From contig OZ024740.1 of NCBI GenBank assembly GCA_964016885.1, forward strand, positions 168,826,001 through 168,890,000: 64,000 bases of DNA, in the 5' to 3' direction. The position numbers were made by a program, and so were the translations under genes. Under the pieces are notes generated by a model. That model ran no database searches. It was given only the letters and a program-made list of their open reading frames with translations, and was not told where the DNA came from. Positions within the stretch are counted from its first letter, which is position 1. Every line of letters starts with the position of its first letter. Positions 1 to 13,416 of the stretch are shown one piece after another. Source of the DNA: Eledone cirrhosa (Eukaryota).

Positions 1-1534
1 AAGTCAGTGTGTGTGGTCACAATGGCCTATTTAGTTAACTTGGAAACAAAAGTTCAAATCAATCTAATTACATTTGCTACAATTCCGTCATTTTCTTTGT
101 AAAATGATAATTGAGGATTAGAAGACTAATTTTCTCATATTTTATCCCAAAATTATAGATTTAATATTGATTAACTGAATTCATTTAAAATATTGCAGTC
201 CATTCATTTCACCTCCTTTACTGTGCCATAATTTCAAAATACTAATTTTCATAATTTTTGCTATGAGGAAGATTATCTAAGATTAACCTTTCTAACCTAA
301 TTAATGTATTTATAACATTTCAGCTGTACTCTTATAAACTAACACCATAACAAGCCAATAAGAGAGCCTATATGATATTTTTCAGCATACTAGAAATAAA
401 ACCCAAATTACTCTTAACTTTTTCATTACCGTATTTTTTATGAAAAACACATTGCATATTATTTTCAAATAATCAAGAATTTGGAAGGATTTAGTAGTAG
501 CCTTCCCATTATTAAGCTGGTGTTTGGAATATAATGTAACACAAATTCTTACATATAATTATGATGGAACGTATTTAGGTAAATATAAACACTTTAAAAT
601 AAATGATCTTTTACTGCAGAATTGGTCTGTGATAGGTGGTTTGGTATCAATTTTAAATAATATGCCTAAAAAAAACAAACATGATAATCATTTCTGGAAA
701 ACCTTTTATCATGGGTCTACTCAATCTGGAACTAAAACAACAATAATAACAGCCACAACTATAACTAGCATCATATAAATAGCAGTACATGAGTAATGAG
801 ACCTAGCTCTTGCATTGTTAGCAGTTGTATGTTTTGAAGTCTTTATTCTTAAATTATGTTCTTTATCAGATTTTTTATATCTTTACATATTGATTTTTAA
901 TTTCGGCACATGGCCAACAAATTTGGGGCTATGGTAAAGTTGATTACATCAACCCTAATAATTGACTGCTACTTTATTTTATAAATGCCTGCAACAATGA
1001 ACGACAAAGTTCATCTTGGGAGGATTGGAACTCAAATTGTAAAGAGCCATAACAAATGCCACAAATACCAAGAAGGGTGAAAGGGAAGGGAGTGATGTGA
1101 TATTCTTAGATCAGAAGCTTGGCCTGAATACTTGCAACAGAGTAGAGTCTGATAAAGGCTCCCAACTACCAGATGAGGGTGTTAAACCAAGTGACATATT
1201 AAATTACCAAATGATTTATTTAGGGGAAAAATTCATTGAAATGATCAGTTATTGATACATAATTATATGATCAAACAGTCAATTTTATTCATCATACAAC
1301 TGCATTAGATGAATAAATATTTATGTGGGTTGGAGTATGACAGCTTTGAAACTCTGAAACTTTTGAGCTGCTGTAAATATTTGTAATAGGTTCAATATTA
1401 ACAAAAAAAAAGAAAGAAAAAAGAAAGAAATATGTGTGTGTGTGTGTGTACGACTGTGTGATGCCTGTGTGCGTGTATATGACTGTGTGACACCTGTGTG
1501 TGAAATAAACATCGGCAGTAACTGCATAGGACAA

Positions 1535-1920
1535 GTGTAGGTTGGAGAGAAATGAAGCATCTATGCTTCATTGGATGTGCAGTGTAAATGTGAGAGAAAG
1601 GCAGAGCTTGGATAAACTGAGGGAGAAACTGGGTTTAAGAGGAATCCGAAGTGGTGTGCAAGAGAGAAGACGGCATAGGTATGGACATATCATGTGCATG
1701 GTTGATGATTGTTGGTTGAAGAAATGCCAGGAAATCTCAGTGGAAGGAAGCCACAGTAAAGGTAGACAAAAGAAGTCCTGCGCAAACGTGGTGAGAGCTG
1801 ATCTCAAGTCACTGAGACTAACATAGGAAATGACGAAGGAATGTGATGAGTGGGAGTGGAGAGATGCTGTGCTGAAAACCAAGCATGGAAAAATGGACGT
1901 AAAACAATGATGATGATGAT
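1535..1920 (+). mobile_element. Degenerate 3' fragment of RTE LINE (short-3'UTR family C)
   Basis: ORF 1542-1826 ERNEASML.WMC...YGH homologous to RTE C-terminus; ends in (GAT)n then (AT)n. Confidence 0.85.
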
Positions 1921-2465
1921 ATATATATATGTGTGTGTGTGTGTTCATCATCTTTCCATGCTTTTGTGAGTTGGACATCATCTTTTTCTGGCAGATATCC
2001 TTTGGTCAAATATTCTTTCTGTCATGAACCTATGCTTTATTCTAAGTATAGCACATGTCACGGGAATATATATATATATAATATTGAAGGGGAGGGGATA
2101 TATAATATATATGTTTGTGTATGTATGTGTGTGTGTATATATATATATATATGTATGTATATATAAAGTGGTTATGTAGGTGTCACAACAAAAGGCACCC
2201 AGTACTCACTGTAAATGTGGTTGGCATTAAGAAGGGCATCCAGCTGTAGAAACCAAGCCAAAATCGGTTCTGTATGAGCAAGACATGGTCATCTAACCTT
2301 GACTTGCCTCAAATAGGACAAACTATCTAACTCATGTTAGCATAGAAAATGGATGTTAAACAGTGATGATGATGATGATGATAATAATAACCTATGCGAG
2401 TGTAGAAAATGGACGTAAAACAGTGATGATGATGATGATGATGATATATGAATATATATCAGAGT

Positions 2466-2519
2466 AATGTTTATTTACATGAATATTTTGTATATGATTT
2501 AATATACAACCCCAGTCAT
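2466..2519. mobile_element. Terminal fragment of the palindromic MITE seen whole at 53540-53875
   Basis: catgaatattttgtatatgatttaatatacaaccccagtca matches 53835-53875. Confidence 0.75.
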
Positions 2520-2592
2520 GTATATATGTGTGTGTGTCTATGTATCATCATCATTGTTTTAATATCTGGTTTCCCTTATAGCAAGGGTTGGA

Positions 2593-2625
<33 letters not shown>

Positions 2626-2647
2626 CGTGTGTGCGTGTGTGTGTGTG

Positions 2648-2754
2648 TGAAAAGATTCAGGTCCCTGACGGCTGAGCTCCAGCCATTCCGACAGCTAGAT
2701 CCGACAGCTGTTGAAATGGCCAGAGCTCAGCTGTCAGGGTCCTGAATCTTTTCG
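2648..2754. repeat. ~107 bp hairpin / TA-flanked palindromic MITE
   Basis: gaaaagattcagg.ccctgac.gctgagctc... arms are reverse complements with few mismatches; right end followed by TA. Confidence 0.75.
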
Positions 2755-2850
2755 TATTACCCACTCTACTACCTCAAGTATCAAGCACTCTGGTGGGTTA
2801 TGGTCCAACTGGTTTTTTACCGCACCCTTTCTGATATATATATATATATA

Positions 2851-4134
2851 CCCATGGGAACTCCTGTATGCTGATGACCTCACACTCATAGCTGAATCTA
2901 TGGTAGAACTAGAGAATAAATTCCAAACTTGGAAGCAGGGACTAGAAAGAAAGGGTCTCAAAGTCAACATGACAAAGACTAAGGTCCTTGTAAGTAGACG
3001 AGAAAACAGAACCCAGATCCCCTCAGGGAAATGGCCTTGCTCAGTATGTAGGAAAGGTGTAGGTAGGAACTCCATTCACTGCCCCAAATGCAAAAAATGG
3101 GTACACAAGAGATGTAGCGGGATCTCAGGAAGCTTAATTAAGAATGTAGGATTCACATGCAGCAGCTGTGCTGAGACAGCAAGCAGCAAACAGCCACAGG
3201 AAACAAGTACCACCAATCTCTGGGAGGGCCCTGTAGAAACAGTAGACAGCTTCTGCTACCTAGGTGACCGAATTAGCAGCGGAGGTGGGTGTTCAGAAAG
3301 TACAATAACTAGGGTAAGAACGAGATGGAAGAAGTTTAGGGAACTACTACCACTGCTAGCTGCAAAAGGCTTCTCCCTCAGAATGAAAGGCAGACTGTAT
3401 GATGCATGTATCCGAACAGCGATGTTGCATGGTAGTGAGACCTGGGCGCTGAAGGTGGAAGACTTACGTAGATTAGAGAGAAACGAAGCCTGCATGCTCC
3501 GATGGATGTGTAACAGTAATATACGTGAACGACAAAGCATAAATGAATTGAGAGAGAGACTGAGCATAAGAGGAATCAAATGCTGTGTGCAGGAGAGGCG
3601 GTTGCGCTGGTATGGACATGTGATGCGTATGAAGGATGTCAGCTGCATAAAAAGGTGCAGAGCACTAGAAGTTGATGGAAACCGCGGAGTGGGGAGACCC
3701 AAGATGACCTGGGATGAGGTGATAAAAGCCGACCTTACCCAATTGCACCTCTCAAAGACAATGACACACAACCGTGACTTCTGGCGTCACGCAGTAATAC
3801 AGAGTACCCAACCTCCCATGGGTACAAGCTGAAGCATATAGACAATATGCCCCCACACCCCCCACCGCAAGGTGGTCGTGGAGGTGCCACGGCAAAAAAG
3901 CACCCAGCCCACACTGTAAAGTGGACGTGTAGGCGCCACGAAAAAGCACCCAGCACTCACTGTAAATGAGGTTGGTGTTAGGAAGGGCATCCAGCTGTAG
4001 AAATCAAGCCAAATAAGTTCCTGTATGAGCAAGGCATGGTCAGCCGACCAGACACTGCCCACAACAGGACAACCCGTCTAACCCATGCTAGCGTGGAAGA
4101 ACGGACGTAAAACGGTGATGATGATGATGATGAT
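2851..4134 (+). mobile_element. RTE-clade LINE family A, 5'-truncated (YADD to 3' tail)
   Basis: PWELLYADDL, PHD-like finger, RRLRWYGHV, GRPKMTW; (GAT)n tail; near-identical to 19384-22282. Confidence 0.95.
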
Positions 4135-4707
4135 ATATATCCTGTTGATGATAATAGGATATACTGATCAAATTGTATTGTAAGCAATCATTAAAGACGT
4201 AAAATAATACATATTCTGTATTATAAGTATAGTCAGTATGACAGTGAACGATGAACTGTTTTTCTTCCTCTATTGGCATTGTTTCTGTAATACTCAAAGT
4301 TTCATTATAATAACTAGCAGCATTACCATATCTAACAGTCTCTGCTAGTCTTTTTGGAGCCACATTAAAGCAATTAAAAATTAGATTTAAGGGACATTAT
4401 ATTGGCTGATATTGGTGGCATGACAATATGCTATTTAAGCAGTGGTCTAGTTAACTATTGATTGTCAAATTAAAATCAAACTTATTGAATCATTTGATTC
4501 TGAACTAGTGAGGCCATCTCTAATAATCTGATGACTGAAGGAACGTGACTTTCAATGCTGTATTAACTTGTGTCTTTGAGTAAAGCATGTATTTTCTTGT
4601 ATTAGGTTTGTTTCTTGATGTGAATTGATCCTAAAAATAATATCCAATTATGAAACTTTACTACAAGAGCAGTTATAATTGCTATTGACTGTAGAAAGTT
4701 TAATTAA

Positions 4708-5171
4708 CCCTTTCATTATTATATTGATAATGAAAGATATTATGTATGATTTGGAAATATTTTGAAATATGATTTTGAAATAATTTTGAAAATAATCATG
4801 AGTTTGAATTTAGTAATATATCTAATTTTTTTAATTATTAAGTTGGTGTTTAGAGCACAACTTAACAAAAGTTATTACAAAAAACTGTGTTGAAAAATTT
4901 TTAACACTTTGATACCAACCCAGCCAAAACCAGCCTTGGTTGTATGAAGCATCCACTCATTGAAGGGAATCTATTTAAATTAAAATCTAACATAATTTTC
5001 TTGAAGACCCATAGATTAAGTTACTATCTTAATAATGGAATTATTAATTATTTTAGTAAATCTCTCAAAATTATACATTGATTAATCTAAATATAGCCAC
5101 AAAAGGGTTAAATTATACAACTTTGTAGCATAGAACAAGGGATGGTTTCAGGCAATTTAATATGAAAAGGT
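4708..5171. mobile_element. piggyBac-like MITE with a second related MITE (4905-5107) nested at an internal TTAA
   Basis: TTAA|CCCTTT ... AAAAGGT|TTAA outer ends; inner copy bounded by TTAA at 4901-4904 and 5108-5111. Confidence 0.65.
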
Positions 5172-5216
5172 TTAAACAACTTATAAATTGTGTTAGGGTA
5201 AATTCCATTAAATAAT

Positions 5217-5401
5217 TGTTTCTACTTTAGGCACAAGGCCAGCAATTACCCAGTGCATTACTGGTACTTTATTTTTTCGATCCCGTAAGGATGAAAGGCA
5301 AAGTCAACCTCAACCTCGGCGGGATTTGAACTCAGATCGTAAAGGGACGTAACTATGCTGGAAAGCATGGCGTCTGACCCTCTACCGATACTGCCAATCC
5401 A
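5217..5401 (-). mobile_element. tRNA-derived SINE family S1 (~185 bp), 12-bp TSD
   Basis: Reverse complement of ggcagtatcggtagag...gagttcaaatcc...agtagaaacaattatt; TSD ccattaaataat at 5205-5216 and 5402-5413. Confidence 0.9.
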
Positions 5402-7139
5402 CCATTAAATAATGACTTGTTGGGAACCATTGAAAACTTTATCTATGTCAGAAATGATAAGTAAATAAATAAATCAATAAACAGAATATAATATAAATAG
5501 ATTAATTATATATAAATCAGAAACCTGTATAAGCAAGTTATATTCTGTATTATTTTATGCATTTTCATTTTTTATACAGGGTTTTGGCCCTAAAATTAAT
5601 CAACACTCTTGTTAGTCTCTTTGACCCCTAGTGGTCAATGTCAATTGCTCTGGGGGCCCCTGGTCTATGATATACATTATTATTGTATTGTGCATGAGAC
5701 ACATGATTACTCCACAATAGACAAAACTACTACTGTACATGGAAACACATTGTCAGTACATTGCATTTTTTCCCGAGTTATTACATACTTGATAAATTGT
5801 TGGTACCTTGCATATAGAGAAAATTATTCAGAGTACAGCTTATATGTCATATTTTCATTGCTTTATGTGACATTGTCAATGCACTGATGGCATGACTGTG
5901 CTGATTATATGTAAAATTTACTCCACTGCATTTGAAGCTGATTGTCACAACATAAAACTACATATGTAAGACATAAATATTGCTAATGAATTGCACATGT
6001 ATGTAAAAGCAAAGAGACAGACCATGTAAAGATGTATAAAAGCAAAGAGACAGACCACAAAACCATGTTTCCATTAGTCTTTCCATTGCTGATACTATCT
6101 GCTGCTTGCAACTCCTGGCAGAAGTGACATCACTTTTCCAGTGACAGGAAGTGGAATTTGAACTCAGAACTGATACCAGAAAACATCCTGTCTGATTCTT
6201 TAACACTTCTGCCAATACACTGCCCTGGACTGGTATTTTGTTTTTAAAATCAAAGGATGGAAGACAAGGTTTATTTCAACAGGATTGCATGTATCCAGAT
6301 TAAAATAGGTCACTCTAACCCTGCATGTTGTGAGAGGCAACTAATAGGGTTGGTGCCATGAATAGCATCAGGCTGTAAAACTTTGCCTCAAAAGGGTGAG
6401 TACAAAGACTGTCATGGAGTCCACAAAGCTAACCTTGCTTTAGCAGGTAAAATGGCCTTTAAACACTTAAGCTTCATTTGTCTATACATTTGTCACCAGC
6501 TATATTTCATTGAACAGATACCTCCAATATATTCTACAATAGAGTTTTTACTGCTTGTCCCCTTTCAACATTAGTAGTGTGAACATTATGCATCTCAAGG
6601 AACCAGTTATAGATCCTATCATCATCATCATCATCATCATCATACATCTGTTTTCCATGCTCGCATCGGTTGGAACAGTAGTCACAGTTAGGGACAAACA
6701 TGGTCAGACAACCATATTTTAGCATATTTTCTATGCTAAAATATGGCAGTAACATCAAGCACTGAGTGTACTGTTTTATCATGGTAACATATATCACTAT
6801 CACTTTATGGAGTGTTTTAGCATAGCATCAGCACTAGAGAAGTTGTCAAGTCCTCGACAATTACAAAGAATTCACTCTACCCTCTGTTCGCTCAATTCGT
6901 TAATCAGCCACATTACAGCAGGAATTGAGCTCACTCCCGATAATAAACACTTTTTCCAGTCCTTCTTCCTTAGCATTACATCACTTTATAACTTTCAGCT
7001 CACATATAACCACAATTTTGAATTTGCTATATTTGAAATATAATCTACCCAGTTCATACACTTATTTCTAATTTCCAATCAGGAAATACATAAACAAGCT
7101 ATAGGCATTGCCCTTTTTCTTTGGAATACATTTATATTG

Positions 7140-7142
<3 letters not shown>

Positions 7143-7179
<37 letters not shown>
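7143..7179. repeat. (GA)n microsatellite
   Basis: Direct reading. Confidence 0.95.
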
Positions 7180-7182
<3 letters not shown>

Positions 7183-8665
7183 TGACTAACATCATAATGT
7201 GTATTAGCTACTACAAAGCATGAATTTGCTTTCTTTGACTCTTAAAACATTTTCTTAGTAACAATTCATTTCCAGCTTTTTCTATCCATAGATCACGACT
7301 TTCAGAAGTTTACGTTTGTGATTTGCTTTGTCAAGCAAATTGTATTTAAGTGTAAGCTATTGTTTGCATTCCTAGGATTTCATTATCATTTGTATTACTG
7401 TCGGCTACCTTAATAAAACAATACAAAATGTTCTATTCACCAAACTAGACCACTTCATGCATGCTTAATACTACCAATTAGTATTGAAATGCTATTTTTC
7501 TTTTGTTAAAAAAAAAAAAAAAAAAATCATTTGCACACATGTAGCTTTTTGAAAATTCAACTGAGAAAATGTCAACCATTTAAAAAAATAAAAGCTTTAA
7601 TAAATTTGTATTTGTTGCTAACTTTAGCAAATTGGCAGTCATTAGAGCTGTGGATAAAATGCCTTACTGTATTTTATTCTGTCTCTCTTCACTCCAAATT
7701 CAAATCTCAATGTATTTAACTTTGCATTTCATCCTTTTAGGTTTAATGAAGTATCTATCCAGAGTGTTGGATTATCAGAATTATTAAATTATATACTTTG
7801 TGGTATCTGTTTCAGCCTTTTTGCGTTCTGACAGCAATGCCTGCAACAATGCTGGCACTAATCTGTATTGGTCCTTGTCTTTCCCTTGATGACTTGGAGA
7901 GGGGAGACTAGCATCATAAGCAACTTCTGGTCTTCCATAAAAGGAGAACTTTCCTAAGGCTGTGTCTTTGAGAAGAAATTTTCATCAGTATATCCATGGT
8001 CTTAGAAATCATGCAGGCTCTGTTTTAACTATTGAGAGGTGGAAAAGAGAAAGATAGAGCTCTACAATAAAGAGGGGGAATTAGTGAGATATTAACATCA
8101 TCATCATCATGTTTGTCCACTTTTCCACTGAATTCCTTCATCATTTTCTCAGTGAGGTTCAACATTTCGAGCTTTTAAATTTAATTAGGAACACATTAAA
8201 ATATGTGGTTTTGTTTCATAAAACCAAAGGCTGTTTGGGCAAGTTGGTATCAAGTGTTAATATAAAACTAACTGAAAGGTAGGTTGAATTTAGAAAAGTT
8301 AACAAATTATAGAATTAAATAAATCTAATATTACCTTTCAGTAGTATGGACATTCATGAAAATGACTTTCTGTGTATTTGAAGGAATGCAGGAAAATAAA
8401 TCAGGTGTTTCTTTGATTGTTAAGCACTTTTCCATTTGAACAAACTCACTGAATAACGAAAAGAGGTCCTCACAACACAATATGATTTTATGATTTACCC
8501 AAAATATAGTTTTAAGATCATTTTGTATTTAGGTATGCCTCAGACGAAATTCAAAGAAATGATAATCTTCAGAAGACATATGGCAAGCTGATTTGAACTG
8601 ACTTACTTATAGCAAATCTAAGTTCATAATACTAACAGGGCTGTGCAAAGAGACTTATATTATTT

Positions 8666-8845
8666 TATTGGCAGTATCGGTAGAGAGTCGGGCGCCATGC
8701 TTTCCAGCATAGTTACGTCCCTTTACGATTTGCGTTCAAATCCCGCCGAGGTTAACTTTGCCTTTCATCCTTACGGGGTTGATAAAATAAACCAGTAATG
8801 TACTGGGTAATTGCTGGTCTTGTGCCAAAAGTAGAAACAATTATT
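8666..8845 (+). mobile_element. SINE family S1 copy
   Basis: Same body as other S1 copies; B-box gttcaaatcc. Confidence 0.9.
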
Positions 8846-8999
8846 TTAAAATCATAAGCAGTGCCTTTCATTAGAAATATGGTAAGGAAAGGGTTAATTA
8901 AAATTTTGATCTTGATACATTAATAATTTTTCTTTTTTATATATGGCATCAACATAAATTGCAAACATCAGTTAAAGTTACCATTTTTATTTAACTTAT

Positions 9000-10090
9000 T
9001 GTGGTAGAAATGTAAATCACTTTCTTTAGGAGAGTCCCCTCATTCCTCATTTCTGTATCTAACTGTGCACCCTAATCACTCTTACCCAATTTTTTGCCAG
9101 AGATTAGATTTTTTTGTGAGACCTGTAGATGATGTAGCCCTATCTTGATCCCGTCTCTTGATGTAGCTTCCCCTTTTCACTTTTTGCGTGCAACCCACTA
9201 CACCACATGCCTCTCTGATCTAAAGATCACTTCACATACCCTCATTCTATGTCGAAGTTGTCCATCCATTTAGGCATATATCACCCCCTCTGCCATCTTC
9301 ACAAGGTTGTAGCACTGATCAATACCTTTCCCTGTTTGATATTTGCTGGTTGCCACCTCATTCTACCTGACGCTGCTGTTGCCACTGCTGCAAAATCTGC
9401 ATGTTGTTTAGTGTTAACATGTAAGCTCTAACCATTAATTTGTATATAGCCATGCTTTTAATGTTTAGCAACTGTGGCAGTCTCACCAATATATGATCAG
9501 GGAAGCCAGTAACAAATGCCAACTCCACCACCCTATCCATCATTTCTCCAGAAAGCCAAGCTAATCCAGTTAGTCTCCCAATTTCAGATAGAAAATGTCC
9601 ACCTAGTCACCCGCCCATTTCACCCTTCCTAGTTGCTATATGCAATGAACATTTCTTCTGCGAATGCTTCTTTTAATCGACTCTCAATTTTCCCTATGTC
9701 CACCTGGCTGGTCTCACTCAGCTGTAAATGTAGAGCTAATGCATTTCCTTCTGAGTATAAAGCTCTGCATCACCAAATCAGTTATCACTTTTATCCTTTC
9801 TACTTCCTTCGCATTCTTTCTCCAGGCAACCATGTCTCCTTTGCCAGAAAATGGCCTGAGGATATCACTACTGATTCCTATTTTAGTCAACATATCAACT
9901 GTTGGAGAAATACATCACTGAAATAGCTTGTGGTATAAATGCAAATCACTTATGTTCAGGAGTCTCCTCATTATTTGTTTCTATTTCTGACTGTGTACCT
10001 AAGAATCAAATTTATCCAATTTCTGACCAGAGATTAGATTTTTAGCATAACCAGTAGAAAACACAGCTTTCCCGCTCAATTGCTATCACA
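9000..10090 (-). mobile_element. Decayed gag-only LTR retroelement (Gypsy-like gag between two diverged direct repeats)
   Basis: Direct repeats ~9000-9145 and ~9929-10070; minus-strand frameshifted gag-like peptides (ILRPFSGKGDMVAW, EGNALALHLQL..DIGKIESRLKEAF, VELAFVTGFPD); polypurine tract at 9167-9177. Confidence 0.6.
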
Positions 10091-11026
10091 TCAAAGAAGC
10101 CCTATTTTCATCCCTTCTGCTGATGTATCATCATATCTTTTTTTCACTTCCAGTGCACTACCCAGCACTTGTCAAATTGACATTTTCACATAAATAATTA
10201 GATTCTCTATTTCAAATCATCTTAAGTAATTTGAATAAATCAATTCTTTTGACTGAAACACCAAGATTACAAAATCTTAATAGAATTAACTTGTGATTTT
10301 ATATAAAAATTTGAAATTAACATTAAAGTGTAACAAAACATTTATCAGTTATACACCTTTGAATTGAGCCATTATCACCTGAGTGTTTTTGTCAGGGATA
10401 GATAGAAATTGTTGACTCTTTCACTTGACATTCCAACATCCAAATAAAGCCTGTTTGCTTTTTACGTAAACTTGAAATATGCAAATTCACTTTAACACCT
10501 CTTGAAAAAACATTCAGGTTGCACGAATAATGCACTATAATGTGTATGGTTTTTTTATTTTTTTTAAATTTATCAGCAAATTAGACTTGAATTATGCATA
10601 TTTGCTTTATGCGCCACGTTCATGAACACATTTTCGTGTAAAAAAGGTGAATACACTGTAGTTTGGCAAGATGTGAACCTTGATAAATTTATAACGATTA
10701 ATTTATTACTAATATGGCAGTTATGGAGATAGTATATCTGCATAATTAAGGTGAGCAAGCATACTATAGCAGAATAATAGCTTTGTTAGAATGAAACTCT
10801 ATGGAGTGAATGTGTGTGTGAGGGAAAGAAAGAATGTGTGTGAGAGAGAGAAGAGATGACTGATTAGATAATAATATATCACCATGTATATCCAAATACA
10901 AGCCCTAAATCCCAGATACTTTTAGGATTATTCTAGATAATCTGTCAGTGTTTGTGGATATAATCATTTAGATCAAAAGTTTATTCTTTAAAAAAAATCT
11001 ATCGACTCAACCCAGATATGATCATT

Positions 11027-11358
11027 CATCATCATCATTTCATTTTACGTCCGCTTTTTCCCTGCTTGCAAGGGTGGGACGGGAACTGATTCTGGCTTGA
11101 TTTCTACAGCTGGATGCCCTTCCTAACACCAACCTCATTTACAGTGAGTGCTGGGTGCTTTTTTGCCGTGGCACCTGCACGACCACTTTGCAGTGGAATG
11201 ATATGGACCCCAGTCCCTATCATCTCATTTCTACAGCTGAGTAAACTGGAGCAATGTGAAATAAAGTGTCTTGCTCAAGGAAACAACACATCACCCGGTC
11301 TGAGAATTGAACTCACAACCTTTCGATTGCAAGGCCAATGCTCTAACCACTAAGCCAT
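11027..11358 (-). mobile_element. tRNA-derived SINE family S2 with CORE-like middle and RTE-related 3' tail
   Basis: Minus strand: A-box tggcttagtgg, B-box gttcaattc, ccttgagcaagacactt (CORE-like), 3' part shared with RTE 3'UTR, (GAT)n tail. Confidence 0.85.
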
Positions 11359-13026
11359 ATAAAAATAAAAAAAATTTAAAAGAAACTTGTCAACCATGTT
11401 TTTAATGAAAGAAAGAAAGCCATAAATTTATATTCAAAGTTGACAGGGAATTTAAGAGTGAAACTGCTATTTCATGTTACAATAAACATGGTTTATATAG
11501 TTTAGTGATGTCATGAGAATTATATTCATCAAAGAACTACAAATTCTGCCTCAGAGTAACTGTAAATAAACAATAAATTAAAGAGGAATACTCAGTTACC
11601 TATTTTCAAAATTATGCACTAGCTTTACAATAATTTATATATACAAATTTCACTCTTTTATACAGTAAATTTGATGTTAAAGTCTGTTCTATAGTTAAAC
11701 ATACTACATTCCTGAAAAATAATCTATTACAGATGGAGAAAAATTATTCATGTTGTCAGATATAATGGCTATAGATATACAATGGTTTAGAAAATAAACA
11801 TGAAATGTGCTTGCTGATTCCTAAGTAAATATTTGGGCCAAAAAATTTATCTTGTTTGATCCTTCATCACTTACCATCACCACCTTGGGGCGAAGGACCA
11901 TGTTTTGTTCATATTTTTTATTTCTGAAATGGATTCTTTCATTAGATGCCCTTCCTAATAACAACCACTTTACAAAATCTACTCAGTACATTTTATCATG
12001 GTACCAGCACTAGAGAGGTTGAATGTAAATAAGTTATTTTTTTAAAGCTATCTTCAACATTATTCTTTAATTATGAACTAATTAAATATTGCAGTTATAC
12101 TGAATATTACTAAAGTATTTTGTTGTTAATGACATCCTCTCTATGATAAAATGCACCTAGTTGGCATTAGAAAGGATACTCAGCTGTAGAAACCATACCA
12201 TATATAACCAGTCTTGGATTGTGACAACCCGTCCAAATTATGCCCATATGGAAAATGGACATAAAATGATGATGATGATGATGATAATAATGATAATAGT
12301 GGTGGTGGCAGGGTGGTGTTACAACTATGGTTGTTGTTTGGATATTTAATTTCCATTCTAATATAGCATAATTTAATGCCCTTGAGGCAGCATCTTTGCA
12401 TGCATTCTCATTTTACGTTGCTTCCTCCCTGAATCACAATTTTCTAAGAACTTATTCTGCTACTTCATCTAAGGAAAAAAAAATTTTTTTTCTTTAGCCC
12501 ATTTATCTCTACCAAAAATATTTAATATGCATCATTCATGTTACATATCCTCACCAGTGTCATTTTCCAAACAACCAGCAATACTTTCAACGCTTAGTTA
12601 CTTCCTTAATTCATGCCCAGGCTTTCTCTGAAATTCATATTGAGCATTCACATATCTATACACAAATAATTCTCCAATTTTTGCCAATCCTTTAGATTTA
12701 TTGTACATGTTTTGTTGTTATACAGATTCGCTCTTCTGACTTGTTTTCCATATTGCTGTTCCAACAGACAGCAATTAATTCTCTACTGCTTACCTTTAAG
12801 ACTATCACTGCTTAACCACTTTTTCTTCTAAGAAATGCTGTAGGTACATAAAATTTTAGAGGGTTTATTCCTAAATTCTACTTCAAAAAACAAGTTTCTT
12901 TTAAAATCTAAAGGATATTGTTCAAACCTATTTTATTTAATATTTTATATAAATTTGAAGACTAAAATTGAAAGAGGGCTTGATAAGGATAAATATATAT
13001 CAAATATATAAGAACCATAGAGCAAA

Positions 13027-13161
13027 TATTTATTAAAATAACAGATTAAAGTTTAAGCAAAGAATCACTGCTTTCACCCTTAACGGGATCTTCTGAAGAT
13101 CCCATTACGGGTGAAAGCAGCGACTCTTTGCTTAAACTTTAATCTGTTATTTTAATAAATA
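13027..13161. repeat. 135-bp palindrome centred on a hammerhead-like CTGAAGA motif (probable inverted Penelope pLTR junction)
   Basis: 67-bp arms around 13094 with 4 mismatches. Confidence 0.85.
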
Positions 13162-13416
13162 AATTTTAATAAATATATATATATATCTGAGGCTGTGGTG
13201 TCCCGATTAGTTCTCTGCAAGCAGGGTAAAGCGGACGTAAAATGAAATGATGATGATATATATTGTGGTAAGAAACTTTCAGGCAAGCTGGACAGCAGAA
13301 GGTCTTCAGAGAAGAAACACCCCCTCAAGTTAGTGTTTTGGTCCTTAACTTCTTATACTATAAGGGAGCCGGACCACATCCGGGTCATGACTCCTGGGTG
13401 CCCTTCTGCTGAAATT

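Noticed and set aside
8533-8583. Possible small exon (tag|gtatgcctcagacg...g|gcaag)
   Set aside because: Needs a GC donor, phase does not fit the 25218 exon, no recognisable homology
11285-11358. tRNA-like sequence
   Set aside because: Head of SINE S2, continuous with the SINE body; no complete cloverleaf
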